IMG/VR virus record: IMGVR_UViG_3300022916_001241 | Direction: 5' to 3' (one strand) | Length of the DNA: 57,163 bases | Source of the DNA: an uncultured virus (IMG/VR IMGVR_UViG_3300022916_001241) | Taxonomy: Duplodnaviria > Heunggongvirae > Uroviricota > Caudoviricetes | Part shown: positions 20,616-30,375 of the stretch, piece by piece | Position numbering within the stretch: position 1 is the first letter of the stretch | How the letters are laid out: each line of letters starts with the position of its first letter | Notes under the pieces: generated by a model | The model's input: the letters and a program-made list of their open reading frames with translations, nothing else | What the model was told of the DNA's origin: nothing | Databases searched by the model: none | Program-made: the position numbers and the translations under genes

Positions 20616-22550
20616 TTACATCAGCTTGTTTTTAATTAACCAGGAATGCATATACTTAGGTGGATCAACACTAAGGTCAGTCAACATATGACTAGTATTT
20701 AAATTATAATCAATTTTTTCATGAGCCAGTCTAGGGCCAATGCACTTAAGTTTTTCAGCAGTTTCTTTGATATCATCGTCATTAACATTAGTCCAAGGCT
20801 TATCAAAGAACACATTATTTTCAGCAGTATCTTTCAAATCACAACCAAACGTTGCAGCCCACTGTACTGACCAAAAACCTTTAAAACTTCGAAGCTTTCT
20901 TTCCAATGAAGCCCAAGAAAAATGATATACAGTTGGATAACTTTTCGCTACCCAATTATAAAACTTAGCAAACTCAACAATATTATTAGTTCTAATCTGT
21001 TCAGCAGAAGCATCATAAAAGGACGCATGGGGCATTGAAGTCAAATTATTAACATCAATATAATCACACCCATCAGAAAGACCAAATTTAATCTTAACAT
21101 TACCATCATCATCATATTCTAACAAATGCTTTGGAACTCCATGAGTGATATTAGGTTTATTTCTAGACAACCTCCATTTCCAAGGCTGTATGTCCATCCT
21201 AACACTATCTAAAGAACCCCAGTATTCTACAACCGGAAGGCTTAAAATATCAACACCCTTCGGGAAATGCCTGACAATATCATGTATCTTAGCAATATCA
21301 TTTTCATGAACACACTCGTCAGAATCCATTTGCCAACAAAAGTCTTTTGTACACAAGGATCTAGCCAACGCTTTTTGTTGGCCATCGGCCAAGGAGGATT
21401 CTTTAGTTCCCCACTTAATTTTATTTTTATATAAACACAACTTAGGCTCTTTTTCAGACCACTCTAACAATTGTTTATATGTACCATCATCACTGCCACC
21501 ATCAACAACGACAACTTCATCACAAAAATCCAACATAGATTTAATGCATGACATGTATGGAAAATCACCACTAACACAATTATAGGTGGTTGTATATCCA
21601 GAAATAGTTGGCTTATAATTCATATTGTTATACACAAGCTTCCAAAAATTATTTCTAGATGCATACAAATAACCAGTAATTGTATTTATATCATCAGTAT
21701 CAAACCACTCTTCATCACGATGCAAAACATTGTTGTTCATCCTAACATCACAATCAAGCAGCTTGGCTTCAATTGCTACTCTAGGGCAAGTATCCCAATC
21801 CATAGGCATAAGTACAACGCCCTTAGATTCAACCATCTTATCTAAAAAGTCACTATAAGAAAGGCCAAAAGCCAATTCATATTCTAGTTTGTTTTCCTCA
21901 CAATATTTAACACACTCGTCAACACCCTTAATCCAACTTGGTGAGTTAAGAATCAAATATTTATCATTTTTATTTTTAATCTCATCAGAATTTCTAAGGA
22001 GGTTAATTTTCTTAAAAAAGTTTTCATCAAAAATAGAAGATAAAACACTCCATTTACAAGTATTAGCTAAGCCTGGAAGCTTGCCAAAATAAATATCACG
22101 CTGTTTCTCAGACATAAAAAACACTGTATCGGCACTACCAAAATAAAACTCAATAAGCTTACCCCATTCTGTTTTTTCACAATCACATGGAACCCCTTCA
22201 GACATCTGATGTTTTCTTGGCGAACGATATTTGCAGTACTTAAAATCATATTCAATAACAGAATACTTAAGGTTTGTAGCTATAGTAGGTAAAAAATCTA
22301 AATTAATCTCACCAATATTAGAAAACAACCAATACTTAGATGAGTTATTTTTAAGCAAATTCAAACTTAAATCCCTAGACTTAACACAAAAAACATTGCC
22401 AGTACAACTCTCTATCAACGCCTTGTCACTTAACTCCGCACCACCAGAATGTTCATTATCAAAATAATCTGATACAAATATTACGTCTGTTTCAGCAGGC
22501 ACATTAACACTATCAACACTACCAATATTAATATAATTAAAATTACTCAT
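20616..22550 (-). CDS. two-domain glycosyltransferase (GT-B-like N-half plus GT2 C-half)
   Basis: GGAELS, WIKG, DTCPRVAIEAKLL in the N-half; VVDGGSDDGT, QMDSDE in the C-half. Confidence 0.8.
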   Translation of the reverse strand: MSNFNYINIGSVDSVNVPAETDVIFVSDYFDNEHSGGAELSDKALIESCTGNVFCVKSRDLSLNLLKNNSSKYWLFSNIGEINLDFLPTIATNLKYSVIEYDFKYCKYRSPRKHQMSEGVPCDCEKTEWGKLIEFYFGSADTVFFMSEKQRDIYFGKLPGLANTCKWSVLSSIFDENFFKKINLLRNSDEIKNKNDKYLILNSPSWIKGVDECVKYCEENKLEYELAFGLSYSDFLDKMVESKGVVLMPMDWDTCPRVAIEAKLLDCDVRMNNNVLHRDEEWFDTDDINTITGYLYASRNNFWKLVYNNMNYKPTISGYTTTYNCVSGDFPYMSCIKSMLDFCDEVVVVDGGSDDGTYKQLLEWSEKEPKLCLYKNKIKWGTKESSLADGQQKALARSLCTKDFCWQMDSDECVHENDIAKIHDIVRHFPKGVDILSLPVVEYWGSLDSVRMDIQPWKWRLSRNKPNITHGVPKHLLEYDDDGNVKIKFGLSDGCDYIDVNNLTSMPHASFYDASAEQIRTNNIVEFAKFYNWVAKSYPTVYHFSWASLERKLRSFKGFWSVQWAATFGCDLKDTAENNVFFDKPWTNVNDDDIKETAEKLKCIGPRLAHEKIDYNLNTSHMLTDLSVDPPKYMHSWLIKNKLM

Positions 22551-22852
22551 TATTTACCCAACCTCTTTTTGTTAAGTTCTTCTTTAGTTTCACTCAAGGA
22601 ATCCTTAGCATCATCAACAGCATGTGACAATGCCTGCCCTGGCTTTGTTTTACGATTCATACTAGTAGAAGAATAGCCATCACTAGCCCAGCCAGTACCT
22701 GCTAACCTAAAATTAGTTGCTGAAACAGCCCTCTTGACTCCTTCGCTAGAGTTACACTTGGGGCATACTGGCATGGCATCCCGTTCAGACATTGGCACTA
22801 TTTCTTCAAAAGAGTCACCACAACTTTTACAAACATATTCATACATAGGCAT
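22550..22852 (-). CDS. FmdB family zinc-ribbon protein
   Basis: MPMYEYVCKSCG..FE...CPKC...F.L.G.GWASDGY. Confidence 0.9.
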   Translation of the reverse strand: MPMYEYVCKSCGDSFEEIVPMSERDAMPVCPKCNSSEGVKRAVSATNFRLAGTGWASDGYSSTSMNRKTKPGQALSHAVDDAKDSLSETKEELNKKRLGK

Positions 22853-22853
22853 A

Positions 22854-23150
22854 TTAATTAACCCAGTCCTTCCTGCTTTTACAACCACGTTTAACCATCT
22901 TTTTTAGTGAAGATTTTTCCAATTGACAAACCCTCATACCAGTACACCCTATTATATCACCAACCTCAGCCTGTGTTTTAGGTCCATCATTAGCTACAAT
23001 GATAGAACAATTTTTATATTTATCACAATCAACCCAGTATCTACAATCATTATTAGGACACTCAACATCACAACTATTACATAAGCTATAACATTCACCA
23101 AACTTTTTCTTAAAGCCCAACAACAACTTATCTTCAAGAACCTTATTCAT
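22854..23150 (-). CDS. Cys-rich protein with sigma-70 region-4-like HTH
   Basis: CRYW...NC...TQAEVGDIIGCTGMRVCQLEKSSLKK. Confidence 0.75.
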   Translation of the reverse strand: MNKVLEDKLLLGFKKKFGECYSLCNSCDVECPNNDCRYWVDCDKYKNCSIIVANDGPKTQAEVGDIIGCTGMRVCQLEKSSLKKMVKRGCKSRKDWVN

Positions 23151-23181
23151 ATTAAAACCCCTCCCCTATACCTATAAAAAT

Positions 23182-23361
23182 TTATTTACAAATTTCTAGA
23201 GTTTCCTTTCTACACTCAGTTGCCAACTTCTTGAGTTGAAGCAGCCCTTTACGAACACGCTTTCCAGCACTCTTATTTTTCTTACCATAAGTTTTAGCTG
23301 CATCAACAGTCAGTTCCTCAACCAAAGCCTTAATCTCTTCAAACCTGTTTGTAAAATCCAT
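23182..23361 (-). CDS. histone H1-like (Hc1-family) small basic protein
   Basis: DAAK...NKSAGKRVRKGLLQLKKLATECRKE; GGAGG upstream. Confidence 0.75.
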   Translation of the reverse strand: MDFTNRFEEIKALVEELTVDAAKTYGKKNKSAGKRVRKGLLQLKKLATECRKETLEICK

Positions 23362-23385
23362 AAAATCTACCTCCATAGTTAAAAA

Positions 23386-23670
23386 TTAAATAGAGATTGT
23401 AATCTCTTCAATACACTCCTTAGCTAAATCATACATTCTTCTAGAATAAGAAGATTTCTCGATCTCTAATGCTAGATTTCTGATCACATATAATATTTGT
23501 CTTTGATTTAAATTATTGTCATCAACAAGCCGCCTAACTAACTTCTTAGCTTCCATACGCTCAGTTTGACGCTCTGCCTCTATCTCTTTTTTGCTATTAA
23601 AAACTAGCGGAACAGAAGATAACAAACCTGATGAACCAACATCATCTATACTTTTAATTATTTTAGACAT
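23386..23670 (-). CDS. hypothetical protein
   Basis: ORF in operon downstream of a promoter. Confidence 0.7.
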   Translation of the reverse strand: MSKIIKSIDDVGSSGLLSSVPLVFNSKKEIEAERQTERMEAKKLVRRLVDDNNLNQRQILYVIRNLALEIEKSSYSRRMYDLAKECIEEITISI

Positions 23671-23703
23671 AAAAAACTCACTTTAACTTAATATTACAAT
23701 ATT

Positions 23704-23737
23704 ATTATAACACAACTCATACAATTTGTAAACCACT
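23704..23737 (-). promoter_or_regulatory. variant of the conserved promoter: GG-TTTACA-N17-TATAAT with extended -10 TG
   Basis: minus strand aagtggTTTACAaattgtatgagttgtgtTATAAT. Confidence 0.75.
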
Positions 23738-24232
23738 TCTCCTCTTAAAAGAATAGTTTTTCACTAAAAAGTCACATTTCTTCTTTGTACACTTACTTAA
23801 AACTAAAGTCTTGCCATACACATCTTCGTTATCATCTGAGATGTTCTTACTCAGACAAATCTTTCTATCATACAGCTTTTCTTTAATACAAAACTCTACC
23901 TCTTCATATGTAGCAAAAGAACAAACTAAATCATCCATAACCTCTAACAAGTCATCGTAACCTATAGACTTTTTAACATCACTTAAATCTATATATTCAC
24001 CGCCATCAACCATATCACTTTTGCCGACCTCATACACATTATGAAATCTACCGCAATTTTCACAAACAACTACCTTCGGGACAACAGATAAATCATCAAC
24101 CAATATTAAGGAAAAAACCTCAATAACATATGGGATAAAGACTTTCTTGTTTTTTTGTAATTGATGTGTACAAACACATTCTACAATATGCTTCTCATAA
24201 AAATATTTACTTTTATTATTCTTTTTAGACAT
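23717..24232 (-). CDS. hypothetical protein with CxC and CxxC motifs
   Basis: KHIVECVC...CENCG..HNV. Confidence 0.7.
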   Translation of the reverse strand: MSKKNNKSKYFYEKHIVECVCTHQLQKNKKVFIPYVIEVFSLILVDDLSVVPKVVVCENCGRFHNVYEVGKSDMVDGGEYIDLSDVKKSIGYDDLLEVMDDLVCSFATYEEVEFCIKEKLYDRKICLSKNISDDNEDVYGKTLVLSKCTKKKCDFLVKNYSFKRRSGLQIV

Positions 24233-24244
24233 TTTAATTAAAAA

Positions 24245-24655
24245 CTATTTTTCCACCTTAACTACCTTTAAGTTAACCCTACTCAAACCTTCAATTAATC
24301 TAGAATCTAGCTCACCCACCTTTCCCTTAAGCTTAAACATCATTTCATCATTATTCCACGCCTCAGCAAATACCAACCTGAAAATATTAGACACTGGAAT
24401 GTTTTCTAACACATCAGCCACCCTTAAGACCTCTGAGCTACCCTGTCTCTTTAACTCTTTATTAACATTAAGAATTTTTCTATATGTAGCCTCCATTCTA
24501 GCAATAATAGCATCTTTAGTTTGTTCAGTTACCATTCTTAATGGCAAGTCATCCTTTGACTTTATGTTAGTGTTGTCATCATTAAAGCCATAGGCTTTAT
24601 TTCTCTCTCCAGGCTTAGACAAATCAACAATATTAAAATCCTTATTATCAGACAT
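24245..24655 (-). CDS. hypothetical protein
   Basis: ORF tiling with neighbours; G-rich RBS. Confidence 0.65.
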   Translation of the reverse strand: MSDNKDFNIVDLSKPGERNKAYGFNDDNTNIKSKDDLPLRMVTEQTKDAIIARMEATYRKILNVNKELKRQGSSEVLRVADVLENIPVSNIFRLVFAEAWNNDEMMFKLKGKVGELDSRLIEGLSRVNLKVVKVEK

Positions 24656-24676
24656 AAAAACCCCCAAAAAAAATTC

Positions 24677-25483
24677 TTAACAAAAATTATAACCATAATT
24701 ATTCTTCAAATAACTATAATCATCAGTATCAGAATAATCACAATATTCAACCTTACATGGCAGATATTTTACATCAAGCACTTTTGCTGCTGCTACTCTT
24801 GCCATACCATCACCATTAATAAAACAATTACCACCGTTACGATCTGAAATTACTAAAATAGAAATCGGATTGCCATCTATAATAGGAATTCCTAAAGAAA
24901 ATTTCTTAATAAAATTAACAAATGAAAATGCATTTTTTGGCACCCAATCATTACGAACACTAGTGCCACCAACAATATCATCAACATTAATCATATCATA
25001 ATGAAGCATACCACTATTAACAAATTCTTTCCAACCAGGATATGAATCACCAATAAAGCTATATTCAATAGTTTTCAACTCTGCTATATAATTTTTCAAC
25101 ATACTTAAATTATGCTTACAAAGACTTATTTTTTCACATGAAAAATCAGCAAAGTCTAATATGTTAACATCACAAGTACAATAGTTTTCATCATTCGAAA
25201 CACTCTCTATGTCAAAACTACAGCCAATTACATCAAAATAATCTACAACAAAATTATGTAAACTTTCAGACAAATAACTATAATCAAAATTACTATTTAA
25301 GGAACCAAGATTGCTACTTGGCTTAACAACAATTCTAACTTTACAAGATAAGCCACCATCAAAAATCAAAGGCACTGTCTTTATATGTACAATACCCTCA
25401 TACGACCCGGCTGGAAATAAATTAGCCAAAACCTCATTTTCGTCCCACTCTTTGGGCAAATAATCATAAAAGCTTTTGCTCAT
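24677..25483 (-). CDS. protein with C-terminal ParB/Srx-like domain
   Basis: PISIL...INGDGMARVAAAKVLDVKYLPC resembles the DG(H/N)HR..A motif. Confidence 0.55.
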   Translation of the reverse strand: MSKSFYDYLPKEWDENEVLANLFPAGSYEGIVHIKTVPLIFDGGLSCKVRIVVKPSSNLGSLNSNFDYSYLSESLHNFVVDYFDVIGCSFDIESVSNDENYCTCDVNILDFADFSCEKISLCKHNLSMLKNYIAELKTIEYSFIGDSYPGWKEFVNSGMLHYDMINVDDIVGGTSVRNDWVPKNAFSFVNFIKKFSLGIPIIDGNPISILVISDRNGGNCFINGDGMARVAAAKVLDVKYLPCKVEYCDYSDTDDYSYLKNNYGYNFC

Positions 25484-25840
25484 TTAACCATTATCCTTAT
25501 TCTCATCATTATCACCAAGACAACCCAACCCATCATCTTTATCTTTAATTTTATCCTCGAACCTATCTAATACATCGTCAACAAGGTTAACTTTTTTAGT
25601 TATTTTTTCACCCATTGAATTAAAAATCATATTTAAACTAGCCGTTTCAAGCAACCTTTTTAATGCCGAAATTTCATAATTAGTTAATCGCACATCATTA
25701 CTAGCCTTAAAGATAACTTCCATATCATCAGTATATTTTCCAGCCTTTTTAACGCCAGCACGCTCAAGAAGGTTTTTTAACATATTTATATCGCTCTGTT
25801 TTATAGTAAAACTATTATTACAATCATTCTTACAAAACAT
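25484..25840 (-). CDS. hypothetical protein
   Basis: GGAGG RBS; internal repeat LKNLLE.A / LKRLLE.A. Confidence 0.65.
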   Translation of the reverse strand: MFCKNDCNNSFTIKQSDINMLKNLLERAGVKKAGKYTDDMEVIFKASNDVRLTNYEISALKRLLETASLNMIFNSMGEKITKKVNLVDDVLDRFEDKIKDKDDGLGCLGDNDENKDNG

Positions 25841-25856
25841 AAAAACCTCCAAAAAA

Positions 25857-26258
25857 TTATTTTAAATAAGTAGCAATAAAATATTCAACAAAATGATCAG
25901 CCTTATAAAGCTCTTTTGCAACCTTTTCAATAGGAACTAGCCTATCAACTTTCTTTTTATAGTCAACAAACTTCATATTGCCATTCTCATATTGCTCAAC
26001 AGCATCTTCTAACTGGCTTGCAACAAAAGCAATAGCCGCCTTTTTAAGAGCCTTGTTGACTATCTTAGAAACCATCACATGAGAAACACCAACTTCATCA
26101 GCAATTTGCCTAGTAGTCATTTCAATAGTTGAAGACCGCATACCAACCTCTTCCTCATCACCAGGATCACTATCTTCATCATGCTCATCATCATCAGAAT
26201 ATTCTAAAACAATCTTTTCTAACTCTTCATAAATAGCCTTAATATTTTTATTACTCAT
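25857..26258 (-). CDS. helix-turn-helix protein (sigma-70 region-4-like)
   Basis: MTTRQIADEVGVSHVMVSKIVNKALKK. Confidence 0.7.
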   Translation of the reverse strand: MSNKNIKAIYEELEKIVLEYSDDDEHDEDSDPGDEEEVGMRSSTIEMTTRQIADEVGVSHVMVSKIVNKALKKAAIAFVASQLEDAVEQYENGNMKFVDYKKKVDRLVPIEKVAKELYKADHFVEYFIATYLK

Positions 26259-26319
26259 TAAACTAAAGTCTCCAATTTTAAAAGTTCTAACAATAAATAT
26301 ATCGCAAACAACAAAAAAA

Positions 26320-27405
26320 CTAAAAAAAGATACTATCTTTAACCTTTTCAGTCAAAAAACTACCTGGGACAAAATCACCAAAATAACTATTGCTAACACT
26401 ACAAGCATCCTTAAGCTTCAAAGATTTCGTATGTTTGTTATTAAAAACAACAGCATTAACAATAGATAAGAAACTATTAAAGCTATATTCAAAGTTAGAA
26501 AATAAATTCTTATTAATTGTACTATACAAAATATTCATATAACAATAAGTTTTTTTATAATCTAAATTAACATTATTATATCCAACAATCAAATTATTAT
26601 CATCTTTATCTAGCCACAAAACATTTAAATTATTGTTAAACCTATTAACATGTAAATCATTTTTAAACTTAACCAGCCTATTATATGACTCATAAAACTT
26701 AGTACTTTCAGACAACTCATCAAAATTGTCCTTCTTATTTAAAATGCACTTAATTAAAAACTTATAATCTTCAAATGATTTATATAAAACATTAATCACT
26801 AAATTATAAAACTGCTTATCATTAACATCATTTAAAAAGTCAACATAGTCAACAACAACATTTTCAACATACCTATTAAAAACATTACCACTCTTAACCA
26901 ACATATAATAATTATAATCATTTAAAAATAAAGAATCAACAGTTAGAAATAAATTAACATTCTTCTCTTTTTTATCACAAATACTCTTGCTAACACTTCT
27001 TAAAATTAAATTATATTGAGCATCATTAAATGTTTCATTAAAATCAAAGTTTTTTAAAGAATCATTGTTAGAAATAATAAAGTCTATAAACTCATTAGAG
27101 TATAAATTACTTCTAATAAAATTATAAAACTTAACCTTATCTAAAATAACAACAATGTCAACAAAACTATTATCATCACTAAGGGGAGTTATTATACTAC
27201 CAATGACAGCAATATCACTAATAACATTCAAATCTAGCCCTACACCTGAAAAGCACTCATTAACATAGTCAACAAAGTAATTCAAGCATCCACTATTAAT
27301 TGACATTTTCTCACGTTGTTTGTTAAAAGAAAAATATTTATTACCAACAGAGTTGTATTTATTATAAACACTTTCCAATAAAATATCTTTTTTAACATCA
27401 AACAT
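26320..27405 (-). CDS. hypothetical protein with degenerate Pol-beta nucleotidyltransferase-like motif
   Basis: IAVIGSI.......SFVDIVVIL. Confidence 0.45.
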   Translation of the reverse strand: MFDVKKDILLESVYNKYNSVGNKYFSFNKQREKMSINSGCLNYFVDYVNECFSGVGLDLNVISDIAVIGSIITPLSDDNSFVDIVVILDKVKFYNFIRSNLYSNEFIDFIISNNDSLKNFDFNETFNDAQYNLILRSVSKSICDKKEKNVNLFLTVDSLFLNDYNYYMLVKSGNVFNRYVENVVVDYVDFLNDVNDKQFYNLVINVLYKSFEDYKFLIKCILNKKDNFDELSESTKFYESYNRLVKFKNDLHVNRFNNNLNVLWLDKDDNNLIVGYNNVNLDYKKTYCYMNILYSTINKNLFSNFEYSFNSFLSIVNAVVFNNKHTKSLKLKDACSVSNSYFGDFVPGSFLTEKVKDSIFF

Positions 27406-27443
27406 TATTATAATTCCAAAGTTAAATTAAACTACATTACTAA

Positions 27444-27830
27444 TTACTTAAAAACAAAGTCATTAACACCAAAAAAATTATCAAAATTAAAAAAAAGTTT
27501 AACACATTTGTTTTTTAACACGTTATCATCATTATTAATAATAAAGTCATCATCATTAACATCCACACTATAAACCTTACTTATGGCCATGAACTCATCT
27601 TTATCAACAATACAGACACCAATTTTTCCCAATTTAAATTCATTAATTTTATTACCACTTTTTAATTGCTTATATATATTAAACAACATAAAATTAATAC
27701 GATCAGAAATAATATCTGAATCCACCTTGTCTGCATCACTGAAAAGCTTTATGTTAAGCATATTGTTAACTAATATACAGTTATTAATAAAGCTTCTTAC
27801 CCTCTTTGAGTTATTATTTAGTTTTATCAT
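27444..27830 (-). CDS. hypothetical protein
   Basis: ORF tiling. Confidence 0.6.
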   Translation of the reverse strand: MIKLNNNSKRVRSFINNCILVNNMLNIKLFSDADKVDSDIISDRINFMLFNIYKQLKSGNKINEFKLGKIGVCIVDKDEFMAISKVYSVDVNDDDFIINNDDNVLKNKCVKLFFNFDNFFGVNDFVFK

Positions 27831-28499
27831 TCAAACTACAAAGTCAACCAAACCATACTCTAGACACTTATCACTATCCCAATATAAATCATGCTTTAAT
27901 ATATTATCCAACTCACCAACAGGTATGTTTGTATATTGTTCATAAAAACCTCTAATTTTCTGCATAAACAAATCACAATTAGAAACGTCATCTTTGATCT
28001 CAGAATACTTGCCAAAAGATGCACTCCTAAGCTCATGAATCAAAATAAAAGAATTCTTAGTCATATACCTATTAGAGCCAACAATAGATATAATAGACGC
28101 TGCCGAAGCAGCAGAGCCTTCAACATAAGTGTTTACGTTCAAATTAGAACCTAATATCAAATCAACAATATTAAAACCTTCCAATAAAAGACCACCACAA
28201 CTATTAATATGTATGTTAATATCTGGAAGCGTGTCTAAGTTATATTTAATACATGCATCATTAAGAGAGCATTCTAATTCTTTAAAAGCTCTCCTTAAAT
28301 TAAAAGATGCGTTTTTATCTATTGGCCTATATAAATAAATATCATTATTAACAACACTTACATCTAAATAATCAGAACCAGAAGAACAATCATCACTATA
28401 TTTAACACCTACATCAATATTATCATCAGTTGATTTACTTTGTTGCAATCTAACCATATCAACATTATTAAAAACACACTTATCCACACTCATAATCAA
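27831..28499 (-). CDS. clpP: ClpP-like serine protease
   Basis: IHINSCGG, AASAASII (catalytic Ser), ILIHE (His), DLYW...CLEYGLVD. Confidence 0.85.
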   Translation of the reverse strand: MIMSVDKCVFNNVDMVRLQQSKSTDDNIDVGVKYSDDCSSGSDYLDVSVVNNDIYLYRPIDKNASFNLRRAFKELECSLNDACIKYNLDTLPDINIHINSCGGLLLEGFNIVDLILGSNLNVNTYVEGSAASAASIISIVGSNRYMTKNSFILIHELRSASFGKYSEIKDDVSNCDLFMQKIRGFYEQYTNIPVGELDNILKHDLYWDSDKCLEYGLVDFVV

Positions 28500-28954
28500 C
28501 CTATCATTTTATTAGAAGTAGATGATGTTATAAACTTCCTAATTGCCCAATATGGAATATCATATTTTTCACGAACTTTACGCACAGCATACTCACTATA
28601 AACACTGCTTGGAACTTTCTTACTATCTGTAGTCAATTTACATGAAGACTTAGCATAATGAAGAGCCTCTTTTTTACAACTCACAATAACGCTACAAATG
28701 GCAAGAAAGATACTTCCAAGATTATCTACTAATTTCTTATCAATTACAACTGGAAAGTTATTTAACCTTGATTGAGCAACCATCCTAGCCCTACTTTTAT
28801 CATAATTATCGCAAGGATGTTTAAATGAAAAGCCAACATAATAGTTATTATCACTACCTACACTAACTGCCGCACAAACTTTTTTATTGAAATAATACCT
28901 AAAAAAATCAACTTGCTTCAGACCACTTTTCTTACCTTTGCCATTTTTCATCAT
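28496..28954 (-). CDS. hypothetical phage protein
   Basis: GFSFKHPCDNYDKSRARMVA..R motif; GGAGG RBS. Confidence 0.7.
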   Translation of the reverse strand: MMKNGKGKKSGLKQVDFFRYYFNKKVCAAVSVGSDNNYYVGFSFKHPCDNYDKSRARMVAQSRLNNFPVVIDKKLVDNLGSIFLAICSVIVSCKKEALHYAKSSCKLTTDSKKVPSSVYSEYAVRKVREKYDIPYWAIRKFITSSTSNKMIG

Positions 28955-29023
28955 AACCTCCTAATTAGAACAATTAAAGTTAAACAATACCATTAATTAA
29001 ATTATAACATATATAGTTGACAA

Positions 29024-29692
29024 CTAAAAACATTTTATAAAAAAAACATCGTTAGAAATAAATCCATATTTATCATAACCAAGCTTCTTAAAAAACTTTT
29101 TTGCCACCTTTACAGCACCAAAAACATGATCCATATTAGAAACAAAAAACACACACCCCCTTTTATAAATAAAACCTTTTTTCATTAACATGTTTAAAGA
29201 GAAGACAACATTATTAAAAGTGCAATCAGACTTATTTTCAACAATCACACACACATCTCTTGCTATAAGCTTTTTATATAACTGAAAATAATGGTCAGCA
29301 AAATAATCTAACATATATTCTGACTCATAAAACTTATTATAAAACCTAGTTCCCCTACCAGAAAATACAACACACCTAATGTCATCAACACTAAAGCCTG
29401 CATTTTTTAAAAAGCTAGCCAAACAATCAACCCTTTTAATACTAACTGTCTTTTTCCTGTTACCAAGAACAATAAAAATATTAGACTTATAACTCACACA
29501 CTCATCTTTATAAGAGAAGTTTGTTTTATATTTCAAACCATTCGCATAAACATTATTATTACTACTACACCCAATAAAACAATGAGCAAAATAAGATAAA
29601 ACATAAAACAACAATATTGCAACTATGAAAATAACAATAAAATTAATAAGCTTATAAAAAAATCTATTTAGTTCTTTCACAATATTTACCAC
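29024..29692 (-). CDS. YdcF/ElyC/SanA (DUF218) family membrane-anchored protein
   Basis: N-terminal TM; IVLG, FSGRG, ESEYM, ENKSDCTFNN, VSN.DH. Confidence 0.75.
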   Translation of the reverse strand: MVNIVKELNRFFYKLINFIVIFIVAILLFYVLSYFAHCFIGCSSNNNVYANGLKYKTNFSYKDECVSYKSNIFIVLGNRKKTVSIKRVDCLASFLKNAGFSVDDIRCVVFSGRGTRFYNKFYESEYMLDYFADHYFQLYKKLIARDVCVIVENKSDCTFNNVVFSLNMLMKKGFIYKRGCVFFVSNMDHVFGAVKVAKKFFKKLGYDKYGFISNDVFFIKCF

Positions 29693-30359
29693 CCTTCCTA
29701 CTTAAAAACGCATCCATAGCATCATTAGGTATAGAGCCAAACATCTTGTTCCACTCTCTCAGGCGACCAGATCGTTTAGCATATTTATAACTATATGAAA
29801 ACTGTCTACCAAACCTAACATTGCTAATTTTTTTACAAAACCACCTATTATCGTTTTCACGACTCTTCCAAATATTTATCGCCTTTTTAACTCCACCTGG
29901 GCCTAAGTTATATGACATAGCCGCCCAAATATAACTCTTATAATATCTAACCTTAGTGTAGAAAATATAAGAACCAAGAATTATGTTACTCCTAACGTTA
30001 AACCGATCAGAATCATTATTAAAAAACAATTTTTCACGCCCTCGCTGAGCAAGCTTTTTATTGACTCCCTCAACATAAAAGTTCTCAAAATTATATGGCA
30101 TAATTTGCATCATACCATACTCCCCACTTTTCCCGACAACGCCTGATCTACCACCTGATTCCATTGATATAATAGTTTTAACATCTCTTTCATCCAAGCC
30201 ATTTATATAAGAAGCTTCTTTTACATATGTATTAACAAAATATTGAGACAAATGTTTATTATCATCAAACAAGACAACATAACCAACGCAATCAAAAATT
30301 CCAGAAACATATAACATTAACTTAAGCACTACAACAAAAAAAGAAAAAGATTCAAACAT
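29664..30359 (-). CDS. SLT-family lytic transglycosylase
   Basis: MESGG, GMMQIMP, SYNLGPG motifs; hydrophobic N-terminus. Confidence 0.9.
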   Translation of the reverse strand: MFESFSFFVVVLKLMLYVSGIFDCVGYVVLFDDNKHLSQYFVNTYVKEASYINGLDERDVKTIISMESGGRSGVVGKSGEYGMMQIMPYNFENFYVEGVNKKLAQRGREKLFFNNDSDRFNVRSNIILGSYIFYTKVRYYKSYIWAAMSYNLGPGGVKKAINIWKSRENDNRWFCKKISNVRFGRQFSYSYKYAKRSGRLREWNKMFGSIPNDAMDAFLSRKGGKYCERTK

Positions 30360-30375
30360 TATTTTAATTCTCCAC

